Shown: positions 1 through 11,890 of the stretch, piece after piece
How positions within the stretch are numbered: position 1 is the first letter of the stretch
How the letters are laid out: each line of letters begins with the position of its first letter
Source of the DNA: Chiloscyllium plagiosum
Lineage: Eukaryota
Direction of reading: 5' to 3'
Length of the DNA stretch: 64,000 nucleotides
Assembly: GCF_004010195.1 (NCBI RefSeq)
Contig: NC_057753.1
Coordinates: 2,271,285-2,335,284, forward strand
Position numbers and translations under genes: made by a program
Notes under the pieces: generated by a model
What the model saw: only the letters and a program-made list of their open reading frames with translations
Told to the model about the DNA's origin: nothing
The model's database searches: none

Positions 1-344
1 AAGTTAAAAATCACACAACACCAGGTTATAGTCCAACAGGTTTAATTGGAAGCACACTAGCTTTCGGAGCGACGCTCCTTCATTAGGTGGTAGTGGAGGG
101 CTCAATCCTAACACACAGAATTTATAGCAAAAATTTACAGTGTGATGTAACTGAAATTATACATTGAAAATTATATTTTTCAATGTATAATTTCAGTTAC
201 ATCACACTGTAAATTTTTGCTATAAATTCTGTGTTACGATCGAGCCCTCCACTATCACCTGATGAAGGAGAGTCGCTCCGAAAGCTAGTGTGCTTCCAAT
301 TAAACCTGTTGGACTATAACCTGGTGTTGTGTGATTTTTAACTT
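1..344. mobile_element. Penelope-like element (PLE)-derived hairpin: two inverted copies of a terminal repeat
   Basis: 1-170 is the reverse complement of ~178-344. The arms carry CTGATGA-AGGAG..CTCC-GAAAGCTA, and the same sequence lies at the 3' end of the PLE remnant at 34760-35602. Confidence 0.75.
256..290 (+). ncRNA. Minimal type I hammerhead ribozyme motif
   Basis: CAC-CTGATGA-A-GGAG agtcg CTCC-GAAAGCTA-GTG: conserved core, stem II, palindromic AGCT stem III, 3-bp stem I. Confidence 0.65.
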
Positions 345-1439
345 GGTTTAGATTTTTTGTTAAAAAATGAAGTTCCTATTGGCTGAAAACAAAACGTTTA
401 AATAACAGGTTTTTTTGGGCAAATGGTCAGCAGCAGAAGTGGCTTGTGACAGTTTAAGAGCGTGCTGGGAATTTCAGTCAAGCTAGTTTGAACTCTGACC
501 TCAATTATGCTGCAGCAGGATGTGTTGTGATCTTCTGTTTCCTGTGTTGACCAAATCAAGTAAGGGTCATAAGGTCTCTGGACCTACTGCTACCTGACAT
601 GACGCATAGAATGTCACTGTTCATGGCTCAGTGTAAATATTTGTAAAATGTTAAAAATCACACAACGCCAGGTCATAATCCAACTATAACCTGGTGATGT
701 GTGGTTTTTTTTAAAGTTGTCCACCCCAGCCCAACACCAGCTCCTTCAAAATCATAAACATTTGCAAGTTCTTTCCCAGTAAATTTCTTTGGATGAGATT
801 GAAAAATTGGTGATTAGGCTTTTATCAATTCCTTGGCTGAGTGCCCGAGGCCTATTTGACAGCAGCACATTTGCACACAAGTCAACACAACAAGGAAACA
901 CTCCCTCAGAAGGAGAAGTTTCCAGTTCCACACTGGAAAAGCAATGCCATGAAGTCCTCTTCATAAAACAAGGAATCGTGAGGTGAGACCAACACTGGCC
1001 ACTTTGCTTGAATTTGATTCAAGCCAAATTTATCCACTCAAAGTAAGAGTTAGGGTGATAAGTGAATTAAAGTTAAAGCTAAGATAAAGTGAAATGAGTC
1101 AGATGAAATAAGTAACTGGCGCAATGAGTGTTTAACATTGAGTATTAGCACCGAATAAATGTATTGAGTCCGTTCCCTGCCTTTTATCTGTTACACAAGG
1201 GAAGAATACCTGCAGGAAAAAGGTTTGAGATCTCCTTTCCGAGCAACAGACAGAATCTGCAGGTAAGAGGTTATGCAGTGAATACAATGGCCTGAAACTG
1301 AATACTTACATTCAAAGGCCGATAATATCCGTGATTTTGCTGAAATCCAGTGATGTGATGCTTTGGTCGGAGTTTCCAGTCTGCGAGCCCACGTTTTAAT
1401 CCCCTCACAAACAACTTTGTCACATCCACGATTTGCAGA

Positions 1440-1580
1440 AAGCATTTCTCACGCGCTGCGCTGCCCAGGTTCCTGGTCCGGGGGATCCTTGCCCCGAATA
1501 AAGATGGCGGCCGCGCCGGTGCATCGCGATCATTGCTGGCGGCACCGCGGAACCTTGCCCCTAACAAAGATGGCGAAGGT
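1440..1580. promoter_or_regulatory. CpG-rich patch with two YY1-type motifs (candidate promoter)
   Basis: AAGATGGCGGC at 1501-1511 and AAGATGGCG at 1567-1575, in a locally CpG-dense stretch. Both are retained in the other arm. Confidence 0.45.
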
Positions 1581-2914
1581 AGTTTTCTTATTCTCCCCCC
1601 ACTCCTTACTTGTCAAGTGTCCAGAGCCAAGGGACAAACTCCCTGTCCATTGCCAGGGTGCAGCTCCAGCCTCAGTTGCTTCCTGTGATAGTGTGTTGGG
1701 GAAGCAATAGTTAAAAGTTCTTTTTTGCTGTTGCTGATATAACGATGCACCATAAATGTTGAAATGTGTGCCTTTGCTGTTCTTGCTGAAACGCCCCTCC
1801 ACTCATGCCTGAGGCTGCTTCCTCTATTCAGTGGAGCCTTGTTAACCGCATTGCTTATCTGCTCATGACTCATGTGAAAACTATGGGACGTGGCAACACT
1901 TTGTCATGTGGGGTTGAGAGATGTGTATATTAGTCGCGCACCTCAGGGCTATAAATTGTACTGTTTTTATTCCATACACGCTGGTGCTGACTCTGGCCAT
2001 CTCGCAGGCTAAGCTAAAATAAATAGTTTAACGAAACTCTTGTGTGCTCCGGAAGTCGACACCAGTTTACCTCACAGCTAAAATCCTTCATTCCTGAACT
2101 ATTCTAGCAGATCTCTGCTGCCCAGTCACTCTCAGAGTACCCTCAATTCCGTTGCAATGTGCAGTGATCTCCCGTTTGCTCAGATCCTGATGCTCTGTTC
2201 GTATGGGATTCTGAAGTTGAAAACAGTGAAATTATTGGGTCTTTTGACTGGGAATTTCGAGTCTTTTAGTGTTCTGCCCTGCTACCCTGTGAAAGGTTCT
2301 GTGGATGTAAAACAGGTATCTCCTTTTTATGGTGGATTTGAACCCATTTCCACACAGCACTCTTTCACTACTGTATCTCCCTCTGTGATAAATTGTACTT
2401 AGAATCATAGTAATGTACAATACTGAAACAGACCCTTCGGTCCAACTTGCCCATGCTGACCGGATATCCCAACCCTATCTAGTCCCACCTGCCAGCTTCT
2501 TTAGCTGACTGTCCAGATGAGGTAACTGCCACTGACCATCCCTGACTGGACGCTGTACCTTTAGAAGCTTTTACTTGTCAAAGTATCATTCAGAGTCGGG
2601 AATTGTTCTTGCTGCTTTTCTCGTCTGCTTTTGATATTATTTCAACCATCAAATTCTGCACCATGTTTATTTCTCTGGAAGCAATTCTTCATATTGTGAA
2701 ACATTTAACACTGCCTCTCTCCCACTACAGATATCAGCAAATATTACCAATACATCATTAGTTGTGAATAAAATGACATTTCACCTTCCTGTGCCGCTGC
2801 AGTCCATGTGGTAAAGGTGCTCCCATAATGCTGTGCAGAAAGTACTTATCAAGTAAGTTGGGATGAAGAGTGATGTTTGTCCCAGAAAATATTTGTAATT
2901 TTCACATTTTTAAC

Positions 2915-3730
2915 ATAATAGAACATGACAGCACAGTACAGGCCCTTCACACCTTGAAGTTGCGCTGACCTGTGGAACCAATCTGAAGCCCATCTATCCT
3001 ACACTATTCCTTTTTCCTCCCTTGTTTAGCCAATGCCCATTTAAATGCCCTTAAAGTTGACGGGTCTACTACTGTTGCAGGCAGGGTGTGCCACACCACT
3101 ACTACTGACTAAGGAAACTACTTCTTATATCTGTCCTCTAACACCCCCCAATTTAAAGCTATGTTCCCTCATGCTAGCCATCACCATCAAAGGAAAATGG
3201 CTCTCACTGTCCACCCTATCTAACCCTCTATTTATCTTATATGTCTCAATTAAGTCACCTCTCAAATGACTCCTCTGCAACAAAACTGGCCTCAAGTCCC
3301 TCAGCCTTTCCTGATGCGACCTTCCCTCCATACCTGGCAACATCCTAGTAAATCTCCTCTGCATCCTTTCCAAAGCTTTCATATACTTCCTATAATGCAG
3401 TGACCAGAACTTCAGAACTGTACACAGTCCTCCAAGTATAGCCACACCAGAGTTTTGTACAGCTGCAGCATTATCTCGTGGCTCTGAAACTCAATCCCTC
3501 TACCAATAAATATTTTCCAAAGCTTCCATATACTTCCTATAATGCAGTGACCAGAACTTCAGAACTGTACACAGTCCTCCAAGCATAGCCAACCAGAGTT
3601 TTGTACAGCTGCAGCATTATCTCGTGGCTCTGAAACTCAAATCCCTCTACCAATAAATATAACACACTGTATGTCTTCTTAACCTTATCAACCTGGGTGG
3701 CAACTTTCAGGGATCTACGTACATGAACAC
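2915..3730 (-). mobile_element. CR1-type LINE 3' fragment with internal ~146 bp tandem duplication
   Basis: The minus ORF has KALERMQRRFTRMLPGMEG and LRGDLIETYKI. 3367-3512 is repeated at 3513-3660. Confidence 0.85.
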
Positions 3731-3819
3731 GTGATCACGAATGATGATATTACTGAGGTCAAAAGTGTATGGCAAAATCTGCCAGCTTCAATGAAACGAG
3801 GACCATCTCGGTTCTCCTA

Positions 3820-4160
3820 AGGGTGGCACAGTAGCTCAGCGCTTCACACTGTTTCCTCACATCGACAAGGACCTGGGTTCGATTCCAACCTTGGGCGACT
3901 GTCTGTGTGGTGTTTGCACATTCTCCCTGTGTCTGTGTGAGTTTCCTCTGGATGCTCCGGTTTACCCCCACAATCCTAAGATGAATTGGCCACGCTAAAA
4001 TTGCCCACATTTTTCAGGGATGCATAGGTTAGCGGCATTAGTCAGGGGTAAATATAGCATAATAGTGTAGGGGAATGAGTCTGGGTGGGTTCCTCTTCGA
4101 AGGGTCGGTGTGGACTTGTTGGGCTGAAGGGCCTATTTCCACACTGTAGGGATTCTATGA
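3820..4160 (+). mobile_element. HE1-like tRNA-derived SINE
   Basis: GGGTGGCACAGTAGCTCAG A-box, GGTTCGATTCC B-box, and the gtggacttgttgggc...gggcct tail shared with the other copies. Confidence 0.85.
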
Positions 4161-4189
4161 TTCCATGAATTGACTGCTGATTAGTGGCA

Positions 4190-4955
4190 AGGAGAAAGTG
4201 AGGACTGCAGATGCTGGAGATCAGAGTTGAAAATGTGTTGCTGGAAAAGCGCAGCAGGTCAGGCAGCATCCAAGGAGAAGGAGAATCGACGTTTTGGGCA
4301 TGAGCCCTTCTTCAGAAATTAGGAAAGTGTGCCAAGCAGGCTAAGATAAAAGGTAGGGAGGAGCGTTGGGAATGCGATAGGTGGAAGGAGGTTAAGGTGA
4401 GGGTGATAGGCCGGAGTGGGGCTGGGGGCGGAGAGGTCAGGAAGAAGATTCCAGGTTAGGAAGGTGGTGATGAGTTCGAAAATGCATGTCCTTGGTGGAG
4501 TGGGAGGGGGAGTTGAAGTGGAGGGACTCCTCCCTCACCAACACTTCAACTCCCCCTCCTACTCCACCAAGGACATGCAGGTCCTTGGACTCCTCCATCG
4601 CCAGACCATAGCAACACGATGGCTGGAGGAAGAGCGTCTCATCTTCCGCCTGGGAACCCTCCAACCACAAGGGATGAACTCAGATTTCTCCAGTTTCCTC
4701 ATTTCCCCTCCCCCCACCTTGTCTCAGTCCCAACCCTCGAACTCAGCACCACCTTCCTAACCTGCAATCTTCTTCCTGACCTCTCCGCCCCCACCCCCAC
4801 TCAGGCCTATCACCCTCACCTTAACCTCCTTCCACCTATCGCATTCCCAACGCCCCTCCCCCAAGTCCCTCCTCCCTGCCTTTTATCTTAACCTACTGGA
4901 CACACTTTCCTCATTCCTGAAGAAGGGCTCATGCCTGAAACATCGATTTTCCTGC
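4190..4955 (+). mobile_element. Penelope-like element remnant (GIY-YIG C-terminus) with inverted terminal repeat
   Basis: Translation DMQVLGLLHRQTIATRWLEEERLIFRLGTLQPQGMNSDF. 4285-4470 is the inverse of 4745-4950. Degenerate CTGAAGA..GGGC..GCCC..GAAAC motifs. Confidence 0.75.
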
Positions 4956-6050
4956 TGATTAGTGGCACCAGTTGTTTGAAAATAAGTGCATGGATGCACA
5001 AGGTAGGGGATAAGCCAGTTGCATGAAAATAAACTTGATGACTCAGGGACCTAAGGGGAAAAAAAAGAATTATTTAGAGTGAATATTTGAGGCTTCCAAA
5101 GGGACCACAGGGGATTAATAAACCCCAGTTATGATGATGAAATATTTTTGAAGACTTTTTTAAAAATGGCATGCAGATCCCTTTTGACTTTAAATTTGAA
5201 ATATAGGACATTCAGTGGGAGATAATTATAACCAAACTTAAAACTGGGCCACGAGAGCCGAGGTAAACTCAGAAAGGCAGGACACACTGTTGAAAGTAGC
5301 TGAAATGCAGGGGAAGGAAAACACACCTGGAACATTTGTCTCCTTGTTCCAGGGGAGTAGAGACAACCTAGGTAGTTATAGACTGTGAGCCATACTTTGG
5401 TTGTCGGTAAAGTGTTGGAAAAGTGAGAAGCGATAGGATTTATAATCATCCAGAGAGGAATAACTTGATGAGGGATAGTCAGCACAGTGTTGTGAAAGGT
5501 AGGTCGTGTCTCACAAACCTTATTGAGTTCTTTGAGATGGTGACCAAAAAGGTGGATGAAGGTAAAGCGGTTGATGTGGTGTACATGGATTCCAATGAGA
5601 CGTTTGATAAGGTACTCCATGGTAGGCTATTGCACAAAATACAAAGGCATGGATTGAGGGCGACTTAGCGGTTTGGATCAGAAATTAGCTGGTGGAAGTA
5701 AGACAGAGAGGTTGATGGGAAATGTTCATCCTGCAGTTCAGTTACTAGTGATGGGGCCACTGCTAATTGTCATTTTCATAAAAGATGAGGGGGATAGAAG
5801 GATGGGTTAGTAAATTTGCAGATGACACTAAGGTTGATGGAGTTGTGGATTGTGCTGAAGGATGTTGCAGGTTATAGAGGGACATAGATAAGTTGCAGAG
5901 CTGGGCTGAAAGCTGGCAAATGGAATTGAATGTGGAGAAGTATGAGGTGATTCACTTTGGAAGAAGCAACAGGAATAAAGAGTACTGGGCTAATAGGATT
6001 CTTGGTAGTGTAGGTGAGCAGAGAGATCTCAGTGTCCACATACATAGATC

Positions 6051-6812
6051 AACATTTTTACAATATATGTTAATGATATAGAAGATGGTATCAGCAATAA
6101 CATTAGCAAATTTGCTGATGATACAAAGCTGGGTGGCAGGGTGAAAAGTGATGAGGATGTTAGGAGATTACAGGGTGACCTGGACAAGTCAGGTGAGTGG
6201 GCAGATGCATGGCAGATGCAGTTTAATGTGGATAAATGTATGATTATCCACTTTGGTNNNNNNNNNNNNNNNNNNNNNNNNNNNNNNNNNNNNNNNNNNN
6301 NNNNNNNNNNNNNNNNNNNNNNNNNNNNNNNNNNNNNNNNNNNNNNNNNNNNNNNNNNNNNNNNNNNNNNNNNNNNNNNNNNNNNNNNNNNNNNNNNNNN
6401 NNNNNNNNNNNNNNNNNNNNNNNNNNNNNNNNNNNNNNNNNNNNNNNNNNNNNNNNNNNNNNNNNNNNNNNNNNNNNNNNNNNNNNNNNNNNNNNNNNNN
6501 NNNNNGACATAGCTTAAAAATACGGGGTAGACCATTTAGGACAGAGCTCAGGAGAAACGTCTTCACCCAGTGAGTGGTGGCTGTGTGGAATGCTCTGCCA
6601 CAGGGGGCAGTGGAGGCCCACTCTCTGGATTCATTTAAGAAGGAGTTGGATAGAGCTCTCAAAGATAGTGGAATCAAGGGTTATGGAGATAAGGCAGGAA
6701 CAGGATACTGATTAGGAATGATCAGCCATGATTATATTGAATAGCGGTGCAGGCTCGAAGGGCTGAATGGCCTACTCCTACACCTATTGTCTATTGTCTA
6801 TTGTCTATTGTC
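6051..6812 (+). mobile_element. 5'-truncated CR1 of a second family nested in CR1
   Basis: TSD TAGATC at 6045-6050 and 6813-6818, (CTATTGT)n tail, KFADDTKLGG. Spans an N gap. Confidence 0.8.
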
Positions 6813-7229
6813 TAGATCCCTGAAAGTTGCCACCTAGGTTGATAGGATTAAGAAGGCAGACAGTGTGTTAACTTTTAGTGGTAGAGGGATTGAGTTTCGG
6901 AGCCACAAAGTCATGCTGCAGCTGTACAAAACTCTGGTGCAGCTGCACTTAGAGTATTACATACAGTTCTGGTCAGTGCATTATAAGAAGGATGTGGAAT
7001 ATTTGGAAAGGGTGCAGAGGAGATTTACTAGGATATTGCCTGGTATGGAGGGAAGGTCTTATGAGGAAAGGTTGAGGTTTTCGTTTGACGGGGGGGGAAG
7101 GCTGAGAGGTGACTTAATTGAGTCATATAAGATAAGAGGGTTAGATAGGTTGATAGTGAGTGCCTTTTTCCTCAGATGGTGGTGGGTAGCAGAAGAGGTC
7201 ATAGCTTTAAATTGAGGGGTGGTAGATAT

Positions 7230-7900
7230 TGTTGACGTTTATTTTGTTCCACAAATTCGGACGGCACAAGTTTTCTGTACAACAGCAGTAGCTTTGTTAT
7301 CGGACAGCTAGCGAGAGAATCAGAGTGTCTCTAAAGTAGTCGAGTGTCTACTTGTAGTGACTCTTCTTCACGAATCTCTGCCATACACATAAGGAAAGTA
7401 TATTTTATACGAAATAGACAAAGGCATATCAGTCATATGGGCAATTGTCATTACATAGTTTAAAGTAGGTGATTATGAATTTACAAAGCTTGATGAATGT
7501 CGATATCCTGTGAAAACGTGAGAATGGATTACAAAAACGGATTATCGTATTGATCATGATTATGTGTTGATGGGAAGAGATTAAGGCAGAAGGGCTTTTC
7601 CTTCAATAAATGGGGGATTCACTTACCTATGCTAATATGGAGGGGAAGTAAGACAGTGGGAACGGGAGACAGTTTAATGGGGTTTTGGCCAGGGCTATCA
7701 GTCTTGCCTGGACAGGGCAAATTCATCTGTCTGGGGTTACAGAGGTATCCACTCCTCTACTGAGGTGTTCTGTCTGTATTGTAAGAATGCAGGCCTTCAG
7801 TTGATGTTGCAGTAAATCCTTTGGCAGGGGAATGTTTAACCCTTGACTCCCCTGAAGCAAAGTATGGAACTGGCCCCTCTGTGGCATTTTAACTTCCTAT
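7230..7900. mobile_element. ~670 bp solo-LTR-like insertion
   Basis: Splits the CR1 sequence ggtagatat|aggacag. Starts with TG and is flanked by ATAT at 7226-7229 and 7901-7904, but the 3' end is not a canonical CA. Confidence 0.55.
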
Positions 7901-8927
7901 ATATAGGACAGATGTCAGAGGTACTCAGCGTAGTAGGGGTGTGGCACACACTGCCTGCAACAGTAGTAGACTTGCCAACTTTACCAGCATTTAAATGGTC
8001 TATGGATGAAAATGGAATAGTGTAGGATAGATGGGCTTCCAATTGGTTCCACATGTCGGCGCAACATTGAGGGCCTGTACTGCGCTGTCATGTTATGTTG
8101 TGTTATGTTAAAAATGTGAACAACACAAACTGTTTTTGGGACAAATATCACTGTTCCTTCGTCCCAACTTACTTGCTAAGTACTTACTGAACCACATTGT
8201 GGAGCACCTCTACAATATGGACTGCAGCAATTCAGGAAGGTGAAATGTCATTTTATTCACAACTAATGATGGATTGGTAATATTTGCTGATAGCTGCAGT
8301 GAGAGAGAAGCAGTGTTAAATGTGCCACGATATGAAGAATTGGTTCCAGATAATAGTCATGCTGCAGAATTTGATGGTTGAAATAATATCAAAAGCAGAC
8401 GAGAAAAGCAGCAAGAACAATTCCCGACTCGGAATGATCCTTCGGCAAGTTAAAGCTTCTAAAGGTAGAGCATCCGGTCAGGGGATGGTCAGTGGCAGAT
8501 ACCTCATCTGGACAGTCAGCTAAAGTAACTGGCAGGTAGGACTAGATTGGGTTGGGATACCCGGTCAGCATGGGCAAGTTGGACCAAAGGGTCTGTTTCT
8601 GTGCTGTACATTACAATGACTCTGAGCACGAAACAGACAATTTATCACAGAGGGAGGACAGTAATGAAAACAGATATGGAGATGGGCTCAATTCCATCAT
8701 AAAAGAAGATCCACAGAACTCCTCACAGCGTAGCAGGGCACAGCACTAAAATACTTGAAACTCCCAGTCAAAAGACCCAACAATTTCAGAAATCCAAAGG
8801 AACAGAACATCAGGATCTGACACATCCGCGCTTTTCACATGAGTCATGAGCAGATAAGGAATGCGGTTGAGAAGGCATCGCAATAGAGGAAGCACCTAAG
8901 TCATGGGTGGAGGGGTGCTTCAGCAAG

Positions 8928-9168
8928 GTAAAAACAAGGACTGCAGATGCTGGAAACTAGAGTCTAGATTAGAGTGGTGCTGGAAAAGCACAGCAGGTCA
9001 TGTAGCATCCGAGGAGCAGAAAAATCGACGTTTCGGGCAAAAGCCCTTCATCAGGAATAGAGGTAGGGAGCCTGCAGGGTGGAGAGATAAATGGGTGGGG
9101 GTGGGGAGAAAGTAGCATAGAGTACAATAGGTGAATGGGGGTGGGGATGGAGGTGATAGGTCAGAGAG
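8928..9168 (-). mobile_element. PLE terminal fragment with intact hammerhead core
   Basis: Minus strand ~9023-9056 reads TTC-CTGATGA-A-GGGC tttt GCCC-GAAACGTC-GA. Absent from the left arm. Confidence 0.7.
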
Positions 9169-10562
9169 GACACCCATTTCAAAATTTACTTTGCATCGTT
9201 ATTTCAGCAACCAAGAAAAAACTTTTAACTATTGCTTCCCCAACTCTCTATCACAGGGAGCAACTGAAGCTGGAGCTGCACCCTGGCAATAGATTGGGGT
9301 TTTGTCACTGGCTGTGGGCACTTGATAAGTGAGGAAGGGGAGAATAAGGAATCTACCTCCGCCATCTTTATTGGAGGCAAAGTTCAGCGGTACCGCCAGC
9401 AATGACCTCGGGCGCAGGCGCGGCCGCCATCTTTATTCGGGGCAAGGATTTCCCCGGACCAGGAACCTGGGCAGCGCAGCGCGTGAGAAAGGCTTTCTGC
9501 AAATCGTGGATGTGACAAAGTTGTTTGTGAGGGGATTAAAACGTGGGCTCGCAGACTGGAAACTCCGACCAAAGCATCACATCACTGGATTTCAGCAAAA
9601 TCACGGATATTATCGGCCTTTGAATGTAAGTATTCAGTTTCAGGCCATTGTATTCACTGCATACTTACCTGCAGATTCTGTCTGTTGCACGAAAAGGAGA
9701 TCTCAAACCTTTTCCTGCAGGTATTCTTCCCTTGTGTAACAGATAAAAGGCAGGGAACGGACTCAATACATTTATTCGGTGCTAATACTCAATGTTAAAC
9801 ACTCATTGCGCCAGTTACTTATTTCATCTGACTCATTTCACTTTATCTTAGCTTTAACTTTAATTCACTTATCACCCTAACTCTTACTTTGAGTGGATAA
9901 ATTTGGCTTGAATCAAATTCAAGCAAAGTGGCCAGTGTTGGTCTCACCTCACGATTCCTTGTTTTATGAAGAGGACTTCATGGCATTGCTTTTCCAGTGT
10001 GGAACTGGAAGCTTCTCCTTCTGAGGGAGTGTTTCCTTGTTGTGTTGACTTGTGTGCAAATGTGCTGCTGTGAAATAGGCCTCGGGCACTCAGCCAAGGA
10101 ATTGATAAAAGCCTAATCGCATATTTCCAATGAAAATGCTTATGATTTGGAAGAGCCGGTGACGGACTGGGGTGAACAAAATTAAAAATTACACAACACC
10201 AGAGTATAGTCCAAATAAACCTGTGGATTATAACCTGGTGTCGTGTGATTTTTAACTTTTTACAGATATTTACACTGAGCCATGAACAGTGACATTCTAT
10301 GCGTCATGTCAGGTAGCAGTAGGTCCAGAGACCTTATGACCCTTACTTGATTTGGTCAACACAGGAAACAGAAGATCACAACACATCCTGCTGCAGCATA
10401 ATTGAGGTCAGAGTTCAAACTAGCTTGACTGAAATTCCCAGCACGCTCTTAAACTGTCACAAGCCACTTCTGCTGCTGACCATTTGCCCAAAAAAACCTG
10501 TTATTTAAACGTTTTGTTTTCAGCCAATAGGAACTTCATTTTTTAACAAAAAATCTAAACCA

Positions 10563-10943
10563 AGTTAAAAATCACACAACACCAGGTTATAGTCCAACAG
10601 GTTTAATTGGAAGCACACTAGCTTTCGGAGCGACTCTCCTTCATCAGGTGATAGTGGAGGGCTCGATCGTAACACAGAATTTATAGCAAAAATTTACAGT
10701 GTGATGTAACTGAAATTATACATTGAAAAATATAATTTTCAATGTATAATTTCAGTTACATCACACTGTAAAAAATTTTTGCTATAAATGCTGTGTTAGG
10801 ATTGAGCCCTCTACTATCACCTGATGAAGGAGCGTCGCTCCGAAAGCTAGTGTGCTTCCAATTAAACCTGTTGGACTATAACCTGGTGTTGTGTGATTTT
10901 TAACTTTGTACACTCCAGTCCAACACCGGCTTCTCCAAAACAT
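10563..10943. mobile_element. PLE-derived hairpin insertion with 10 bp TSD
   Basis: Palindrome 10562-10906 plus a tail. TSD ATCTAAACCA at 10553-10562 and 10944-10953. Confidence 0.8.
10818..10852 (+). ncRNA. Minimal type I hammerhead ribozyme motif
   Basis: CAC-CTGATGA-A-GGAGC gtc GCTCC-GAAAGCTA-GTG. Confidence 0.7.
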
Positions 10944-11589
10944 ATCTAAACCAATCACACAACTCCATCAAATCTCTCACTCAAACCATTGTGTAAAATC
11001 TCCTCTGTCCCTTCTCAGGGACTCTCCCATCCTTCTCGGTGTATGGTGATCTCTGGTTTGCACAGATCCAGATGCCCTGTGTCCCAGATATCTTCTTCAG
11101 AGTTAAATCTGTCTTCAATACTTCTGATATCTTTCTAGCTATAGACTCTCGGAGATCTTCAAGTTAAAAATTGAAATTGTTTCACAGGTGAGTAATTCCC
11201 ACCGTTCATGACAAGTTGAAGGTTTCAGTGCTCTTGCTGAGAGGTTCCTGCTTATGGAGTTGGTATGTAACACCTTTACAGTGGAACCAAATCCATGACT
11301 ATTTGTCTCACCTCTGCACTCCCTGATCACCTCTCTGTCATTGTCCAACTTTCTCTGTCTAAATACTGGCTTATTTTTGCTATATTCAGCCCAATGACAC
11401 TAATTTGGAATTATACTTGGTCGAACCAAATAGTCCAAAGCATTTATTTGGATGAGCTATTACATTTCAGTTGCATAATATTTTTATTTTGATTCACTTT
11501 TAGTTCTTTTATGGACACAAATGCAAAAAAAGTTTTTTTTTCAAATGAGTTCCATTAAGGGAACTTTTGATTCAAATGAGTTACGTTAA

Positions 11590-11890
11590 GATTATATTAC
11601 TTATAGTGTGGAAACAGGCCCTTTGGCCGAACAAGTCCACACCGACCCGCCGAAGCGCAACCCATCCATTTTCCTATATTTACCCCTTTACCTAACACTA
11701 TGGGCAATTTAGCAAGGCCAATTCACCTAACCTGCACATCTTTGAACTCTGGGAGGAAACCGGAGCACCTGGAGGAAACCCACGCAGACACTGGGAGAAT
11801 GTGCAAACTCCACACAGTCAGTCGCCTGAGTCGGGAATTGAACCCGGGTCTCTGGCGCTGTGAGGCAGCAGTGATAACCACTGGGCCACT
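11590..11890 (-). mobile_element. HE1-like SINE
   Basis: Reverse complement of the SINE at 32753-33060. Confidence 0.85.

Larger units (their letters stand above)
1..3730. repeat. Left arm of large inverted duplication (partner ~6030-10906)
   Basis: Reverse-complement matches: 345-640 with 10265-10561, 812-1500 with 9430-10118, 2180-2310 with 8705-8820, 2760-2900 with 8120-8270, 3690-3730 with 6030-6050 plus 6819-6840. Confidence 0.9.
5350..8110 (+). mobile_element. Decayed CR1 LINE 3' half carrying two nested insertions
   Basis: RT peptides [39 protein letters not shown]. Interrupted at 6051-6812 and 7230-7900. Confidence 0.85.
6030..10906. repeat. Right arm of large inverted duplication
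   Basis: Reverse complement of 1-3730, with arm-specific insertions at 6051-6812, 7230-7900 and 8928-9168. Confidence 0.9.

Noticed and set aside
1..344. DNA-transposon MITE or CRISPR-like interpretation of the palindrome
   Set aside because: There are no spacers. The arms match a Penelope 3' end, and the paralogous copy has a 10 bp TSD plus an asymmetric tail.
1880..2160. Left-arm-specific segment with TATA and AATAAA, possibly a short LTR
   Set aside because: Termini and TSD could not be defined confidently.
6029..6677. Several ORFs rich in X (also at 15634-16182 and 19900-20670)
   Set aside because: They are artefacts of N gaps within CR1 copies.
9329..9739. 136 aa ORF and its mirror ORFs at 1191-1710
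   Set aside because: No recognisable domain, and the frame is not preserved between the two arms because of indels.
11018..11187. Candidate exon (ctcag acceptor, CAG|GTGAGT donor)
   Set aside because: No recognisable coding content, and it cannot be supported without transcript data.
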